Assembly (NCBI GenBank): GCA_029259155.1
Contig: JAPDJI010000014.1
Span: forward strand, 11,316-75,315
Reading direction: 5' to 3'
Length of the DNA stretch: 64,000 nt
From: Candidatus Methanomethylicia archaeon
GTDB taxonomy: Archaea > Thermoproteota > Methanomethylicia > Nezhaarchaeales > B40-G2
Shown: one piece after another, positions 48,589 to 58,110 of the stretch
Numbering within the stretch: the stretch's first letter is position 1
How the letters are laid out: each line of letters starts with the position of its first letter
Notes under the pieces: generated by a model
The model's input: only the letters and a program-made list of their open reading frames with translations
Told to the model about the DNA's origin: nothing
Databases searched by the model: none
Made by a program: the position numbers and the translations under genes

Positions 48589-48782
48589 AGGAGGAGATTC
48601 TAGAGGAAGGGGAGGTTAAGTTAGCTATGGAGAAGTGTGGGCCTATAGTGTCGAAGGAGATGTTAGATTACTTTAAGGAGAAGTATGGAGATGATGTGGA
48701 GCTTCGAGTTGAATTTATTAGGGCTGAAGGAGGACCTAAGTTAAGGTTTAGGGTCGTAAAATTAGCTGAGAGAACGAGTTGA
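48585..48782 (+). CDS. Small hypothetical protein
   Basis: 65 aa, TTGA overlap with the permease, RBS present. Confidence 0.55.
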   Translation: MKEEILEEGEVKLAMEKCGPIVSKEMLDYFKEKYGDDVELRVEFIRAEGGPKLRFRVVKLAERTS

Positions 48783-48788
48783 GGCTGG

Positions 48789-49784
48789 ATGGAGCTTGAA
48801 GGAATTAAAGCCCTCATTACAGGTGGGGCAGGCTTCGTGGGGAGCCACCTAGCTGATGAGCTGCTCAAGACAGCGTCTCTCGTCATAGTTTATGACAACT
48901 TCGACCCTTTCTATGGAGGTAAAGAAGAGAACGTTGCTCACAACCTGAGCAACCCTAAGTATAAGCTGGTTAGAGCTGACATCTTAGACTTCAGCTTATT
49001 GCTAAGCTTAGCTAAAAAGGTGGACGTGATCTTCCACCTAGCTGCCCAACCAGGAGTAAGGTTTTCGGTGGAGAATCCCCAAAGGACTGTGAAGGTCAAC
49101 GTGGATGGAACCCTCAACGTATTAATGGCAGCTAAGCAGGCAGGTGTAAGGAAAGTTGTATTCGCCTCTTCATCTTCAGTATACGGGAACCCTTCCTACG
49201 TACCCATGGATGAAGAGCACCCCAGACGACCTACCTCGCCTTATGGAGCTAGTAAGGTTGCTGCTGAAGAGTACTGTAGGGTCTTTAATCAAGTCTACGG
49301 GGTAAACGTGGTTTCCCTAAGGTACTTCTCGGTTTACGGTCCGAGGCAAAGGCCTGACCAGGTGATACGAGTCTTTGCTGAAAGAGTGGCTAGAGGGGAG
49401 AGCCCTGTTATCTATGGTAGTGGTGAACAGACTAGGGACTTCACCTACGTTATGGACGTGGTGGACGCTACCATTAGGGCTGCTCAAAGTGACGATGTCG
49501 AGGGCGAGGTATTCAATATCGGTTTCGGCGCGGAAGTGAAGATAGTTGACTTAGCTGAGAAGATCATTGAATTAATGGGAGCGAAGGGAAAGGTTCAGAT
49601 GATCTTTAAGCCAGCCTATAAAGGAGATTTCCCTAGGACCTTAGCCGATAACCGTAAGGCTGGTGAAATGCTAGGATGGCGCCCTAAGGTAAGCTTAGAT
49701 CAAGGGTTGAAGCTCTTCTTGGCTTGGTTTAACGCTAGGAAAAGCGAGAAAGGAGGAAGTCGAAGTGTTTCTTCTGCTCTTTGA
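48789..49784 (+). CDS. NAD-dependent nucleotide-sugar epimerase/dehydratase
   Basis: TGGAGFVG, SSSSVYG, YGASK. Confidence 0.93.
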   Translation: MELEGIKALITGGAGFVGSHLADELLKTASLVIVYDNFDPFYGGKEENVAHNLSNPKYKLVRADILDFSLLLSLAKKVDVIFHLAAQPGVRFSVENPQRTVKVNVDGTLNVLMAAKQAGVRKVVFASSSSVYGNPSYVPMDEEHPRRPTSPYGASKVAAEEYCRVFNQVYGVNVVSLRYFSVYGPRQRPDQVIRVFAERVARGESPVIYGSGEQTRDFTYVMDVVDATIRAAQSDDVEGEVFNIGFGAEVKIVDLAEKIIELMGAKGKVQMIFKPAYKGDFPRTLADNRKAGEMLGWRPKVSLDQGLKLFLAWFNARKSEKGGSRSVSSAL

Positions 49785-51048
49785 AGATGAGTGCTACGTA
49801 AACTTCCTGCCGCTAACCTACACTAAACCTGTATATGAACTTAAGTGTGGGGCTTACACGCTTTGCGATCGGTTATGGAGAGCTCTCCCTGAGGCTAAGG
49901 TCGCTTTAGCTTGTAGAAGTTACTTAGCTAAGGTGATAAGTAAGCTAAGGCCTCAAGCCTACGTTAACCGCCCTGACGAGCTTAGCGAGGAGATCCTGTT
50001 AGTTAATGGGAGGGCTTTACCTCTTCAGTCAGGTCTAGCCGAGTTGGCTGTGAAGGGGACAGTGTGGGTGAAGGATAACGAACTGGTAGCTTGCCTACTT
50101 AGCGGTGAGGAGGTTAGGGAGTTATGGGAGCTAATAGAACAAGGTAGGAGCAACGAGTTATTGACAAAGTTGAAGGAGGAGCGCGAGGTCAGGGAAGCTA
50201 CAGGGTTGAGGTTAATCGACCACCTATGGGAACTGGTGGAGCTAAACCCTCAACTTTTAGGCCTCGACCTTTCACGAAACCCTGGAAGAATTGATGGTGT
50301 GGTCGAGGACTTAGCTGTAATTAAAGGTGATAGGTCTAGGCTAACCGTTGAGGAAGGAGCTGAGGTTGAAGCTTTATCACTCATAGACTTGAGGGAAGGC
50401 CCTGTCTTTATAGGTAAAGGTAGCAGGATAGAAGCGGGATCTAGAGTAGTGGGCCCAGTATATATTGGGAGAAACGTAGTTGTCCAGGGAGCTTTCATTA
50501 GGAAAGGTTGTCATATAGGTGATGGCTGCAGGCTCGGTGGAGGAGGGGAGGTGGAGGAAACAGTTCTTCACGGTTACACCAATAAATACCACTTCGGCTT
50601 CCTAGGCCACTCCTACATAGGGGAATGGGTTAACTTAGCGGCAGGGACCACTAACTCTGACCTTAAGAATACCTACGGGACGGTGAAGGTGAAAGAGGGA
50701 GGAAGGCCTGTAGATACAGGGCTGCTCAAGCTAGGCTGCTTCATAGCTGACCATGTAAAGACTAGTATAGGCACTTATATCTACACGGGGGTCAAAGTAG
50801 GGGTGGGCTCCCATATACATGGCTTCATAACTCAAGATGTCCCCAGCTTCACCATCTGGGCTCTGAGCTTAGGTAAACGTCCAGTAGAGCTTAGGTTGCA
50901 AAGCGCGGTGGAGACTGCTAGACGAATGTGTTCCCGTAGAGGAGTAGTGTTCGGTGAAGAGGAGGCAAAGGTACTGGAAGAGGTCTTTAAAGCTACGGAG
51001 AGGGAAAGGGAGGAGGTTGGAGTAGTTAAAGGAGAGTTTAAGCCCTAA
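49765..51048 (+). CDS. GlmU-related sugar nucleotidyltransferase with hexapeptide repeats
   Basis: FLPLTYTKP, left-handed beta-helix repeats, GHSYIGEWVN.AGT. Confidence 0.8.
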   Translation: MFLLLFEDECYVNFLPLTYTKPVYELKCGAYTLCDRLWRALPEAKVALACRSYLAKVISKLRPQAYVNRPDELSEEILLVNGRALPLQSGLAELAVKGTVWVKDNELVACLLSGEEVRELWELIEQGRSNELLTKLKEEREVREATGLRLIDHLWELVELNPQLLGLDLSRNPGRIDGVVEDLAVIKGDRSRLTVEEGAEVEALSLIDLREGPVFIGKGSRIEAGSRVVGPVYIGRNVVVQGAFIRKGCHIGDGCRLGGGGEVEETVLHGYTNKYHFGFLGHSYIGEWVNLAAGTTNSDLKNTYGTVKVKEGGRPVDTGLLKLGCFIADHVKTSIGTYIYTGVKVGVGSHIHGFITQDVPSFTIWALSLGKRPVELRLQSAVETARRMCSRRGVVFGEEEAKVLEEVFKATEREREEVGVVKGEFKP

Positions 51049-51059
51049 ATGCTTCATGG

Positions 51060-51482
51060 TTAGAGGTAGCCATGTTTTGTTAATAGTTCTCTTAGAGTAC
51101 TCGTTATAGGCATGGTTTGTAGATCGCTTAGCTTAACCCAAGCTGCGTCTAGCACTTCAGGGGAAGGTTTTACCTGAAGGTTTAAAGGTTCTCCCAGAAA
51201 GTCGACGATGACGAAATGATACTTAACTCTCCCATCTTCATCTAGGACTATCTTGTTGACCACGTCTAGAAGCCTCTTTAGCTTAACCTTAATCCCTGTC
51301 TCCTCCTCCACTTCCCTTACAGCGGCGTCTTCAACTTTTTCACCCAGCTCTACTAGGCCTCCTGGAATGGTCCAGAGCCCCACGTCGGGCTCTCCTCTCC
51401 TCCTAATCATCAAGATCCTATCTCCATCTAAAACTAAAACACCTACTCCTACGAGAGGAGCGGTAGGGTAAACCCTTTTCAT
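51060..51482 (-). CDS. Nudix hydrolase
   Basis: GGLVELGEKVEDAAVREVEEETG. Confidence 0.93.
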   Translation of the reverse strand: MKRVYPTAPLVGVGVLVLDGDRILMIRRRGEPDVGLWTIPGGLVELGEKVEDAAVREVEEETGIKVKLKRLLDVVNKIVLDEDGRVKYHFVIVDFLGEPLNLQVKPSPEVLDAAWVKLSDLQTMPITSTLRELLTKHGYL

Positions 51483-51588
51483 ATCTGTGCCCCTGCGTTA
51501 GCCAGATGAGAACTTTATTTAAGGTTACTTTCATAGATACCAAAAAACAGTAAATATTATAATTCAGGTTATTAAGAATAGAACTTTA

Positions 51589-51918
51589 ATGGCCAAAGAG
51601 AAAGAGGATCTTCGCGAAGCCGTGCTTAAGGCCATAGACTATGCCCTACAGCTCTTCGGGGAGAGCGTGTATCGGGTAGTGTATTATTATTGTGAGGCGA
51701 AGTTTAACGTTAAGCGTGATGAATTAACTGACCCGGAGAAAATTGTGTGTTTAGCTGATTGTATTACTGAGATTTTTAAGGGGGCCTCAAGTTTCTTGGA
51801 GGAGCAGATTATATCTTCTATTTGTAGAAGTCTGAATGTTGACCGCAAAACCTTGCCCAAGGGGTTTAAGGAAGCCTTAAAGAAGCTCACCGCCTACGCG
51901 AGTGGAGCTAAGCCTTGA
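51589..51918 (+). CDS. Small helical hypothetical protein (DUF3227-like)
   Basis: AIDYAL..FGESV...YY pattern recalled from TACK proteins. Confidence 0.55.
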   Translation: MAKEKEDLREAVLKAIDYALQLFGESVYRVVYYYCEAKFNVKRDELTDPEKIVCLADCITEIFKGASSFLEEQIISSICRSLNVDRKTLPKGFKEALKKLTAYASGAKP

Positions 51919-52669
51919 AGTACCATCCTCCACTAACGCATATGGTCTCTCCTGTTATGTAGTTAGCATCGTCACTAGCTAAGAAGGCTATAACGCTAGC
52001 TACTTCCTCAGGTCTTCCACCTCTTCCTAAGGGGATCTGCGATTCAAGTTCTCTAAGCACTTCCTCCGGGTATACTTTAACCATGTATGGATGTGGTATT
52101 AAGCCAGGAGCCACTGCGTTTACCGTTACTCCTGTGCCGGCTACCTCGAGAGCTAAGCAGCGAGTAAAGGCGAGTATGCCTGCCTTAGTGGCTGCGTAGC
52201 AAGCATCGCCGTGCCTAGTAGGCATCCATGCATACACCGAGGATACGTTTATGATCCTGCCATAGCGCTGCTTAAGCATGAAGGGTAACACGGCTTTACA
52301 GCAAAGGAATACGCCTTTCAGGTTCACGTTAACTATATAATCCCAAGACTCTTCGTCCATCTCCAAGACGGGCTTAGGCTTATTCACCCCGGCGTTATTA
52401 ACTAGGATATCTACCCTACCATATTCCTTCACTGTGCCCTTTACCAACTCCTCAACTTGGTCGCGGCGTGATACGTCACAGGGTATGGCTATTGCCCTAT
52501 ACCCCTTAGACTTTAAGTCCTCAGCCACCTTCATGGCCCTACCTTCATGGATGTCGGACACTACCAAGTATGCTCCTTCACTAGCCAGCCTTCTAACGGT
52601 AGCTTGACCTATACCTGCACCTGCTGAGGCTGTAACTATTGCCACCTTACCTTCAAGCCTTCCGGCCAA
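51908..52669 (-). CDS. Short-chain dehydrogenase/reductase (FabG-like)
   Basis: TASAGAGIG, NNAG, YAATK. Confidence 0.92.
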   Translation of the reverse strand: MAGRLEGKVAIVTASAGAGIGQATVRRLASEGAYLVVSDIHEGRAMKVAEDLKSKGYRAIAIPCDVSRRDQVEELVKGTVKEYGRVDILVNNAGVNKPKPVLEMDEESWDYIVNVNLKGVFLCCKAVLPFMLKQRYGRIINVSSVYAWMPTRHGDACYAATKAGILAFTRCLALEVAGTGVTVNAVAPGLIPHPYMVKVYPEEVLRELESQIPLGRGGRPEEVASVIAFLASDDANYITGETICVSGGWYFKA

Positions 52670-52710
52670 GGCAGTTCACCAGTGATGATTTAGGGGGCGA
52701 AGGCTTAAAC

Positions 52711-53580
52711 CTATATGTGGTTTATAGAGGTCCCAAGTGAAGCTTTTCTTAAAAACTCAGCCATTCTCACCGCGTCCAGCGTGGCTGCTACATCATGTGT
52801 CCTGACTAGATCTGCTCCGTTATACACGGCTATGGCTGTGGAGGAGAGGGATCCGTAAAGCCTCTCCTCAGGTTTTTCTCTACCTAGCAATGCACCTATG
52901 AAGGACTTTCTCGACACTCCGATACATATAGGTCTCTTTAACTCCTCTCTAATTCTTTTAAGCCCGACGATAATTTCGCAGTCCCATAGATACCAAGGAT
53001 GCTCCGTGTGTCTAAAGAAACCTATAGCTGGATCTACGACTATTGCTTCCTCCTCTACGCCTGCCAACGAAGCCATTTGTAGGCTTTCCTTGAGAGCTGC
53101 GATCACTCTTGTCACCGGCATGCCTCTTGTCGGTATTGCTTCTCTAGCTGAGATTATCAATGCAGCGTGGTGATCAGCCACTACCCTAGCCATTCGAGGA
53201 TCTCCTTTAAGCCCTGAGACATCATTGATTATCTCCGCCCCAACGCTCAGCGCTCTTTCAGCCACTATACTGCTCGTGGTATCTGCCGATACGGGTTTAT
53301 CGACGACATCCTTCACTGCTTTCACAGCTTCTACCATTCTTCTAGCCTCTTCTTCGAGCGGTATGCCTGTGTCTAGGTAAGGAGCGGTTGACTTAGCGCC
53401 AATATCTATGATATTAGCGCCCTCCTCCGCCAGTTGAAGTGCTGCCCTTGCTACCTCGTCACGGCCTGTTTTAACCGAACCTTTATAGAAAGACTCGGGG
53501 CTCACGTTGATGACCCCCACTATCTTGACTGAGCATCCGTCGCCTACCTCTACACCAGCTAGCTTAGCGTAGATCCTCAC
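52711..53580 (-). CDS. folP: Dihydropteroate synthase-like
   Basis: INVSPESF, DIGA, INDVSG, DPAIGF, SRKSF, RTHDV. Confidence 0.92.
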   Translation of the reverse strand: MRIYAKLAGVEVGDGCSVKIVGVINVSPESFYKGSVKTGRDEVARAALQLAEEGANIIDIGAKSTAPYLDTGIPLEEEARRMVEAVKAVKDVVDKPVSADTTSSIVAERALSVGAEIINDVSGLKGDPRMARVVADHHAALIISAREAIPTRGMPVTRVIAALKESLQMASLAGVEEEAIVVDPAIGFFRHTEHPWYLWDCEIIVGLKRIREELKRPICIGVSRKSFIGALLGREKPEERLYGSLSSTAIAVYNGADLVRTHDVAATLDAVRMAEFLRKASLGTSINHI

Positions 53581-54503
53581 CCTACCACCTCTACCCTAGC
53601 TCCAACGTTATCGGGGTGAGCTAGAAAGACTTCAGCCTTACTAAGCGCTCTTTCAGCCTCATCGAGTAACTCCTCCGCTTTCTTGGTTTCAACTAAGCCG
53701 TAGACCGATGGCCCCCAGGAGCTTTGCCCAACGCCTTTAATGCCCAGCGACATCAAAGCTTCTATCGCTTCCTGCGAAGGTTTTCCGTAGACTCCTCCTT
53801 GAGCAGGGGAGAACATGCTTCCCACGATTTGCTGCAACTCTGTTAACCATTTGCTGAAGCTTTCGAAGTCGTGTTCCAGTAAGGCTGGTATAAGTTTCAG
53901 GAGGATGACGTAGCTAGCTCTATAGATCAGTTCCTTGGGAGGTTTAAGAGACCTAAAGGCCTCAGCTTCTCCACCTCCATGGAGCCCTAGACCCTTAGGG
54001 ATAGCTACTATGAAGGACCATTCCTCTGGGAAGGGGTGGTTAAAGATTAAGGGTGGGAAGGAAGTGTTGGCTCCTCTACCTCCATCAACTATGAAGCCTC
54101 CATGCTTGAAAGCATAGGTACCTACCCCAGACCTAGTACCTCTACCCATGACGATAGAAGCTTCAAGAGGATCGAGGTCTAATTTATGAGCCTTTGCTGT
54201 GGCCATTGCTATGGACAGCGCTAGCTGAGTAGAAGAACCTAAACCTACATGGACAGGCGCTATCGATAAAACCTTTAGCTTAACCCCGCGCAAACCTAGG
54301 GTTGAAGTTATTTTCCTAGCGAAGTTTTCAGCATCCTCGGTTCTTAGGCCCTCTGCCTTAACCTCCCCGTAAGGCTCAGCTTCCACAACTGTGCGAGGCC
54401 TATCTATCGCTAACCCTACTGAGCCGTAACCTCTACCCTCAAGCTCTGAGGGGTTTAAGATACCGAAGTGGAGTCTAGCCGGCGAAGATACTTTGACCTT
54501 CAA
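53577..54503 (-). CDS. mptG: Beta-ribofuranosylaminobenzene 5'-phosphate synthase
   Basis: PARLHFG, HVGLGSSTQ, GGFIVDGG, GQSSWGP. Confidence 0.88.
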   Translation of the reverse strand: MKVKVSSPARLHFGILNPSELEGRGYGSVGLAIDRPRTVVEAEPYGEVKAEGLRTEDAENFARKITSTLGLRGVKLKVLSIAPVHVGLGSSTQLALSIAMATAKAHKLDLDPLEASIVMGRGTRSGVGTYAFKHGGFIVDGGRGANTSFPPLIFNHPFPEEWSFIVAIPKGLGLHGGGEAEAFRSLKPPKELIYRASYVILLKLIPALLEHDFESFSKWLTELQQIVGSMFSPAQGGVYGKPSQEAIEALMSLGIKGVGQSSWGPSVYGLVETKKAEELLDEAERALSKAEVFLAHPDNVGARVEVVG

Positions 54504-54585
54504 CTCAGAAGGGCTAGCTAAACCCTAGCGTTTAAAGCTTCCTAGGCATATGTTAAGCCGCTTAGTAAACTAGCTGGCGAGGGGG

Positions 54586-55689
54586 ATGGAGGTCAGCAAA
54601 GCTTATCGAGATAGGAGGCTCGTTGAAAAGGTAGCTGAAGCTATCAGGAAGGAGGCTCCTCCTCAAAGGCTTAAGATCATGCATGTATGCGGTACTCATG
54701 AACAAGTAATCTCTCATTACGGGCTGAGATCCCTCCTACCCGACAACGTAGAAGTGATAGCTGGCCCAGGCTGCCCTGTATGTGTCGTGCCAGCTCGAGA
54801 AATCGATGAAGCCGTGACGCTGGTGCTTCAGAGAAGCGAGGTGATGCTAACTACCTTTGGAGACATGTATAGGGTTCCTGGCACCCATCTATCTTTAGCT
54901 GAGGCTAGGGCGCAGGGGGGCGATGTGAGGATAGTTTACAGTGTTAGCGATGCTGTTAAGCTGGCGGAGGAGCATCCTTCAAGACAGGTAGTGTTCTTCG
55001 CTATAGGCTTTGAAACCACTGCTCCTACCACTGCCAGTGAGGTGTTTAATGGTCCTCCGAGGAACTTTAGCGTGCTTACCTCCCATCGCTTAATCCCTCC
55101 AGTCATGGAGTTATTGATGGGGGTGGCTGAGACCTACTTCGACGGCTTTATCTGTCCAGGGCACGTGGCCACTATCATAGGCACTAAGCCCTTCAAGCTT
55201 TTCCCAGAAGCCTACCATATGCCCACAGTCATAGCTGGCTTTGAACCTCTAGACATTATGGTGGCGGTGAAGCACATTGTCGACCAGGTGGCTAGGAATG
55301 AAGCATACCTCGTCAATGAATATAAAAGGATGGTTAAGGAGCAGGGTAATCCACGCGCGCTCAGGTTGCTTGAGGAAGTCTTTGAAGTTGTAGATGGGTA
55401 CTGGAGGGGTATAGGTAGGGTGCCGCTCTCTGCTCTGCGGTTGAAGGAGAGCTACGTTGAGTACGATGCTAGGGCTAAGTTTAACGTGGAGGTTAAGGCT
55501 TCTAGAGACCTTAAGCCAGGCTGCTCATGTCACTTAATCTTGACAGGCAAGTTAACGCCTAATGAATGTCCTCTCTTCGATAAAGCCTGTACGCCCAGGA
55601 CCCCTCAAGGACCTTGCATGGTATCCAGTGAAGGAACCTGCAATATATGGTATAGGTATAGAGGTTACCCTCAGAAATACTTAAGGTAA
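54586..55689 (+). CDS. hypD: Hydrogenase maturation protein HypD
   Basis: CGTHE, GPGCPVC, GFETT, PGHV, CMVSSEG. Confidence 0.97.
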   Translation: MEVSKAYRDRRLVEKVAEAIRKEAPPQRLKIMHVCGTHEQVISHYGLRSLLPDNVEVIAGPGCPVCVVPAREIDEAVTLVLQRSEVMLTTFGDMYRVPGTHLSLAEARAQGGDVRIVYSVSDAVKLAEEHPSRQVVFFAIGFETTAPTTASEVFNGPPRNFSVLTSHRLIPPVMELLMGVAETYFDGFICPGHVATIIGTKPFKLFPEAYHMPTVIAGFEPLDIMVAVKHIVDQVARNEAYLVNEYKRMVKEQGNPRALRLLEEVFEVVDGYWRGIGRVPLSALRLKESYVEYDARAKFNVEVKASRDLKPGCSCHLILTGKLTPNECPLFDKACTPRTPQGPCMVSSEGTCNIWYRYRGYPQKYLR

Positions 55690-55767
55690 ACTCTCGCAGA
55701 AATGAAGAGTAGCCTTACATCATGATACAGTCTTAAAAGTTAAGGTAGACCGGTAGTTAATCCCACT

Positions 55768-55986
55768 TTAAGCTATCCCTACTTCTTTTAAGAGGCTCCA
55801 GACCTCTTCAGCTTCTTGTTTGTCCACTATTTCAATAGCGTAACCTGTATGTACAAGCACATAGTCACCAGGCTTAACCTCTCGAGGTAGAAGAGTTAAG
55901 GCAACTTCTCTACGCACTCCTCCAAAGTCAACTAGGGCTTTAAGCCCCTTCACCTCTACTACGAGGCCTGGGATCGCCAGACACAT
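55768..55986 (-). CDS. hypC: Hydrogenase chaperone HypC
   Basis: MCLAIP, VLVHTG. Confidence 0.96.
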   Translation of the reverse strand: MCLAIPGLVVEVKGLKALVDFGGVRREVALTLLPREVKPGDYVLVHTGYAIEIVDKQEAEEVWSLLKEVGIA

Positions 55987-56068
55987 CGAAGTGCGCCGAA
56001 CCTACCTTAAAACGGCTAGGATTTAATTTTGGCGCTTATCCTATACTTGAGCTGTTGAGGGGTGGATG

Positions 56069-57142
56069 TTACGGAATTATCTCCGTAGTGTTATTGTAAG
56101 GCGGGTAGAGAAGTTCACTAAGCGACACCATACCCTTCCGTACAAGGTTTGTTACCTCCTGCTTAATCTTGGTTAAAGGCTTAATTAAACCCAAAGTGAG
56201 CCTACACACGGCTCTAAATCCTCCCATCCCCCATAACCGTTCTATATGGCTGTAGAGGCATCGTCCTCCGCAGAGATGAAAATAACGACATGAGGAACAG
56301 GGCTCCCCTATAGTTACCTTACCTCTGACACTCCTCCAAGTAGTCTCCTCAAGTTTTCCTAGGTAGGCCCAATCCTCCTCCACGGCTATAGGGCAAGCTA
56401 GGACCCTACCGTCAGTTGAGATAGCTACTGCCGTCGACCCTGCACCGCAGGGGGGAACCTCTATTGGTTTTCCTGTAAGTAAGGTTTTCAAGACGCCTAG
56501 GAAGGGCACTATGCCCAAGACTTTACCTTTCCTTAAAGCATCGAGCCAGCAGTCCATAAGCATCCTTAAACCTTCAATGTACTGCTTAGCCCAAGCATTG
56601 AAGTGAAGCCACCTAGGACTCCATATGACGTCTAGCTGCCAGTGAACATGGTCAAAGATCTCTAAGGATAAGAGGTGAATCACGTCAAGGTATACGTCGC
56701 TTTTTTCAGACAACGTCATCCTTGCTATGAGATCTCCTCTAAACCCTTGTTCTCTCAGCTTCTTGGCTCCTTGGACTACAGCCTCATATACTCCATGACC
56801 ACGGTAGCCATCAGTAACCTCTCGCCTACCATCAATAGAGACGAGTACAGTATCCATCTTGCGCCAGTACTTAGCTGGAAGGGCATCGATGAGCGTAGCG
56901 TTGGTTTGTATCACAAACTTAGCGTCGGGTTTTTCATCCATCACCTTTTGAATGAAGGAGGGGTTTATCAGGGGCTCTCCACCATAAAAGGCGATGATGG
57001 GCTCCTCGTCGCCCTTCATGAAGCGCTTCAAGCTCTCTAGACTATATCTAGGTCTATTGGGCACCTTAAACTCGGGGAAACTACCGCCACAGTACTTACA
57101 GTTAAGGTTGCAGCGGCCAGTGGTGAACACTATGTACAGCAT
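56069..57142 (-). CDS. Radical SAM/SPASM protein (TIGR04084-like)
   Basis: CNLNCKYC, YGGEP, SPASM cysteines, C-terminal EIIP. Confidence 0.85.
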   Translation of the reverse strand: MLYIVFTTGRCNLNCKYCGGSFPEFKVPNRPRYSLESLKRFMKGDEEPIIAFYGGEPLINPSFIQKVMDEKPDAKFVIQTNATLIDALPAKYWRKMDTVLVSIDGRREVTDGYRGHGVYEAVVQGAKKLREQGFRGDLIARMTLSEKSDVYLDVIHLLSLEIFDHVHWQLDVIWSPRWLHFNAWAKQYIEGLRMLMDCWLDALRKGKVLGIVPFLGVLKTLLTGKPIEVPPCGAGSTAVAISTDGRVLACPIAVEEDWAYLGKLEETTWRSVRGKVTIGEPCSSCRYFHLCGGRCLYSHIERLWGMGGFRAVCRLTLGLIKPLTKIKQEVTNLVRKGMVSLSELLYPPYNNTTEIIP

Positions 57143-57202
57143 CCTAAGTTAACAGCCATACAGGCAGGTTTTAAGATTAGTCTCCAACCCTCTGTCGTGA
57201 TA

Positions 57203-57439
57203 TTACTCTACGGCTTTCGGAGCGGAGGTTAGGTCCAAGCGCTTTATCTCGATGTAGATGAACTTTTCATTGTCCTTTAATCGATCAAGGTAAGCATTCA
57301 GGCAGCTACGACAAACAGCGAAGCGCATAGTACCAGTAGAGGACCTTGAAGGGTGCTGGGTCACGTACAGCTCCTCCACGGTAAACTGAGCTTTATGTGT
57401 ACGGCATAGGCTGCAGAGCATGGTCATAGCTAGCCCCAT
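57203..57439 (-). CDS. Small zinc-finger-like protein
   Basis: CSLC...CRSC. Confidence 0.55.
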   Translation of the reverse strand: MGLAMTMLCSLCRTHKAQFTVEELYVTQHPSRSSTGTMRFAVCRSCLNAYLDRLKDNEKFIYIEIKRLDLTSAPKAVE

Positions 57440-57496
57440 CGACGTCGGAGGGTGGTCAGGTATATCTTGTACAGCTTCCTTTTTAAGGGGTGAAGG

Positions 57497-57962
57497 TTAA
57501 ACGACCAGTTCAGGAGTTAACATCCAAAGTAACGCCCATTTGCCCTTAACGTCTCTTTCAAGGCATAGGACCCCAGCCATCCTGAACTTGATGGGCTCTA
57601 TATCTGGGCTTCCGGTGAGTAGGAGGCCGGCTAGCTTGCTTAAGTGAGGTAGGTGGCCAACCAGCATTAAGTCTTCCTTAATGTTCAAATAGCCTATCAG
57701 CCCAGGTTTTAGGGTCAGCGAGAGGCTCAAGCGCGTCGGCTTGTTCGAAGCCTCTAGATGGCTTTAGGTGCTGAGCAAAGATTTCAGCTGTCTGCGCAGC
57801 TCTAAGCTTACCGCTATGTAGGATCTTATCCATATGAATGCCTAGCTTAGCTATGTGTTGGGCAACGCGCTCGGCTTCTCTTCGTCCTTTATCAGTTAAG
57901 GGCCTTGAAGGATCTTGGCTTTCAGGTACAGCCTCACCATGTTGAACGAGGTAAAGCTTCAA
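57497..57962 (-). pseudogene. sixA: Phosphohistidine phosphatase SixA, frameshifted
   Basis: QHG and RAAQTA in one frame, VGHLP in another; one extra base near 57687-57689. Confidence 0.82.
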
Positions 57963-58049
57963 GGCTCCTCCCCATAACTAGTTAGTGGCTACCTATGTTA
58001 AGCTTGACGGCGCGCTAGGCTTAAACTATGCTTCGACTCAGCTTTTAGA

Positions 58050-58109
58050 GGGGCAGTGAGTATGCATGCCGCGTCTGAAGCGTGATGAGAATAGTCCTTC
58101 ACGAGCCCC
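58050..58109 (+). ncRNA. Probable box C/D guide sRNA
   Basis: Stem GGGGC/GCCCC; degenerate C GTGAGTA, 12-nt guide, D' CTGA, C' GTGATGA, 12-nt guide, D-like ACGA. Confidence 0.65.
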
Positions 58110-58110
58110 C

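Noticed and set aside
55700-55760. ATGAAGA...ATGA possible C/D sRNA after hypD
   Set aside because: No C' box, D box or terminal stem at the proper spacing.
57203-57439. Small Cys protein as RiPP precursor for the adjacent SPASM enzyme
   Set aside because: Two CxxC pairs look like a zinc finger; no leader/core pattern, protease or exporter nearby.
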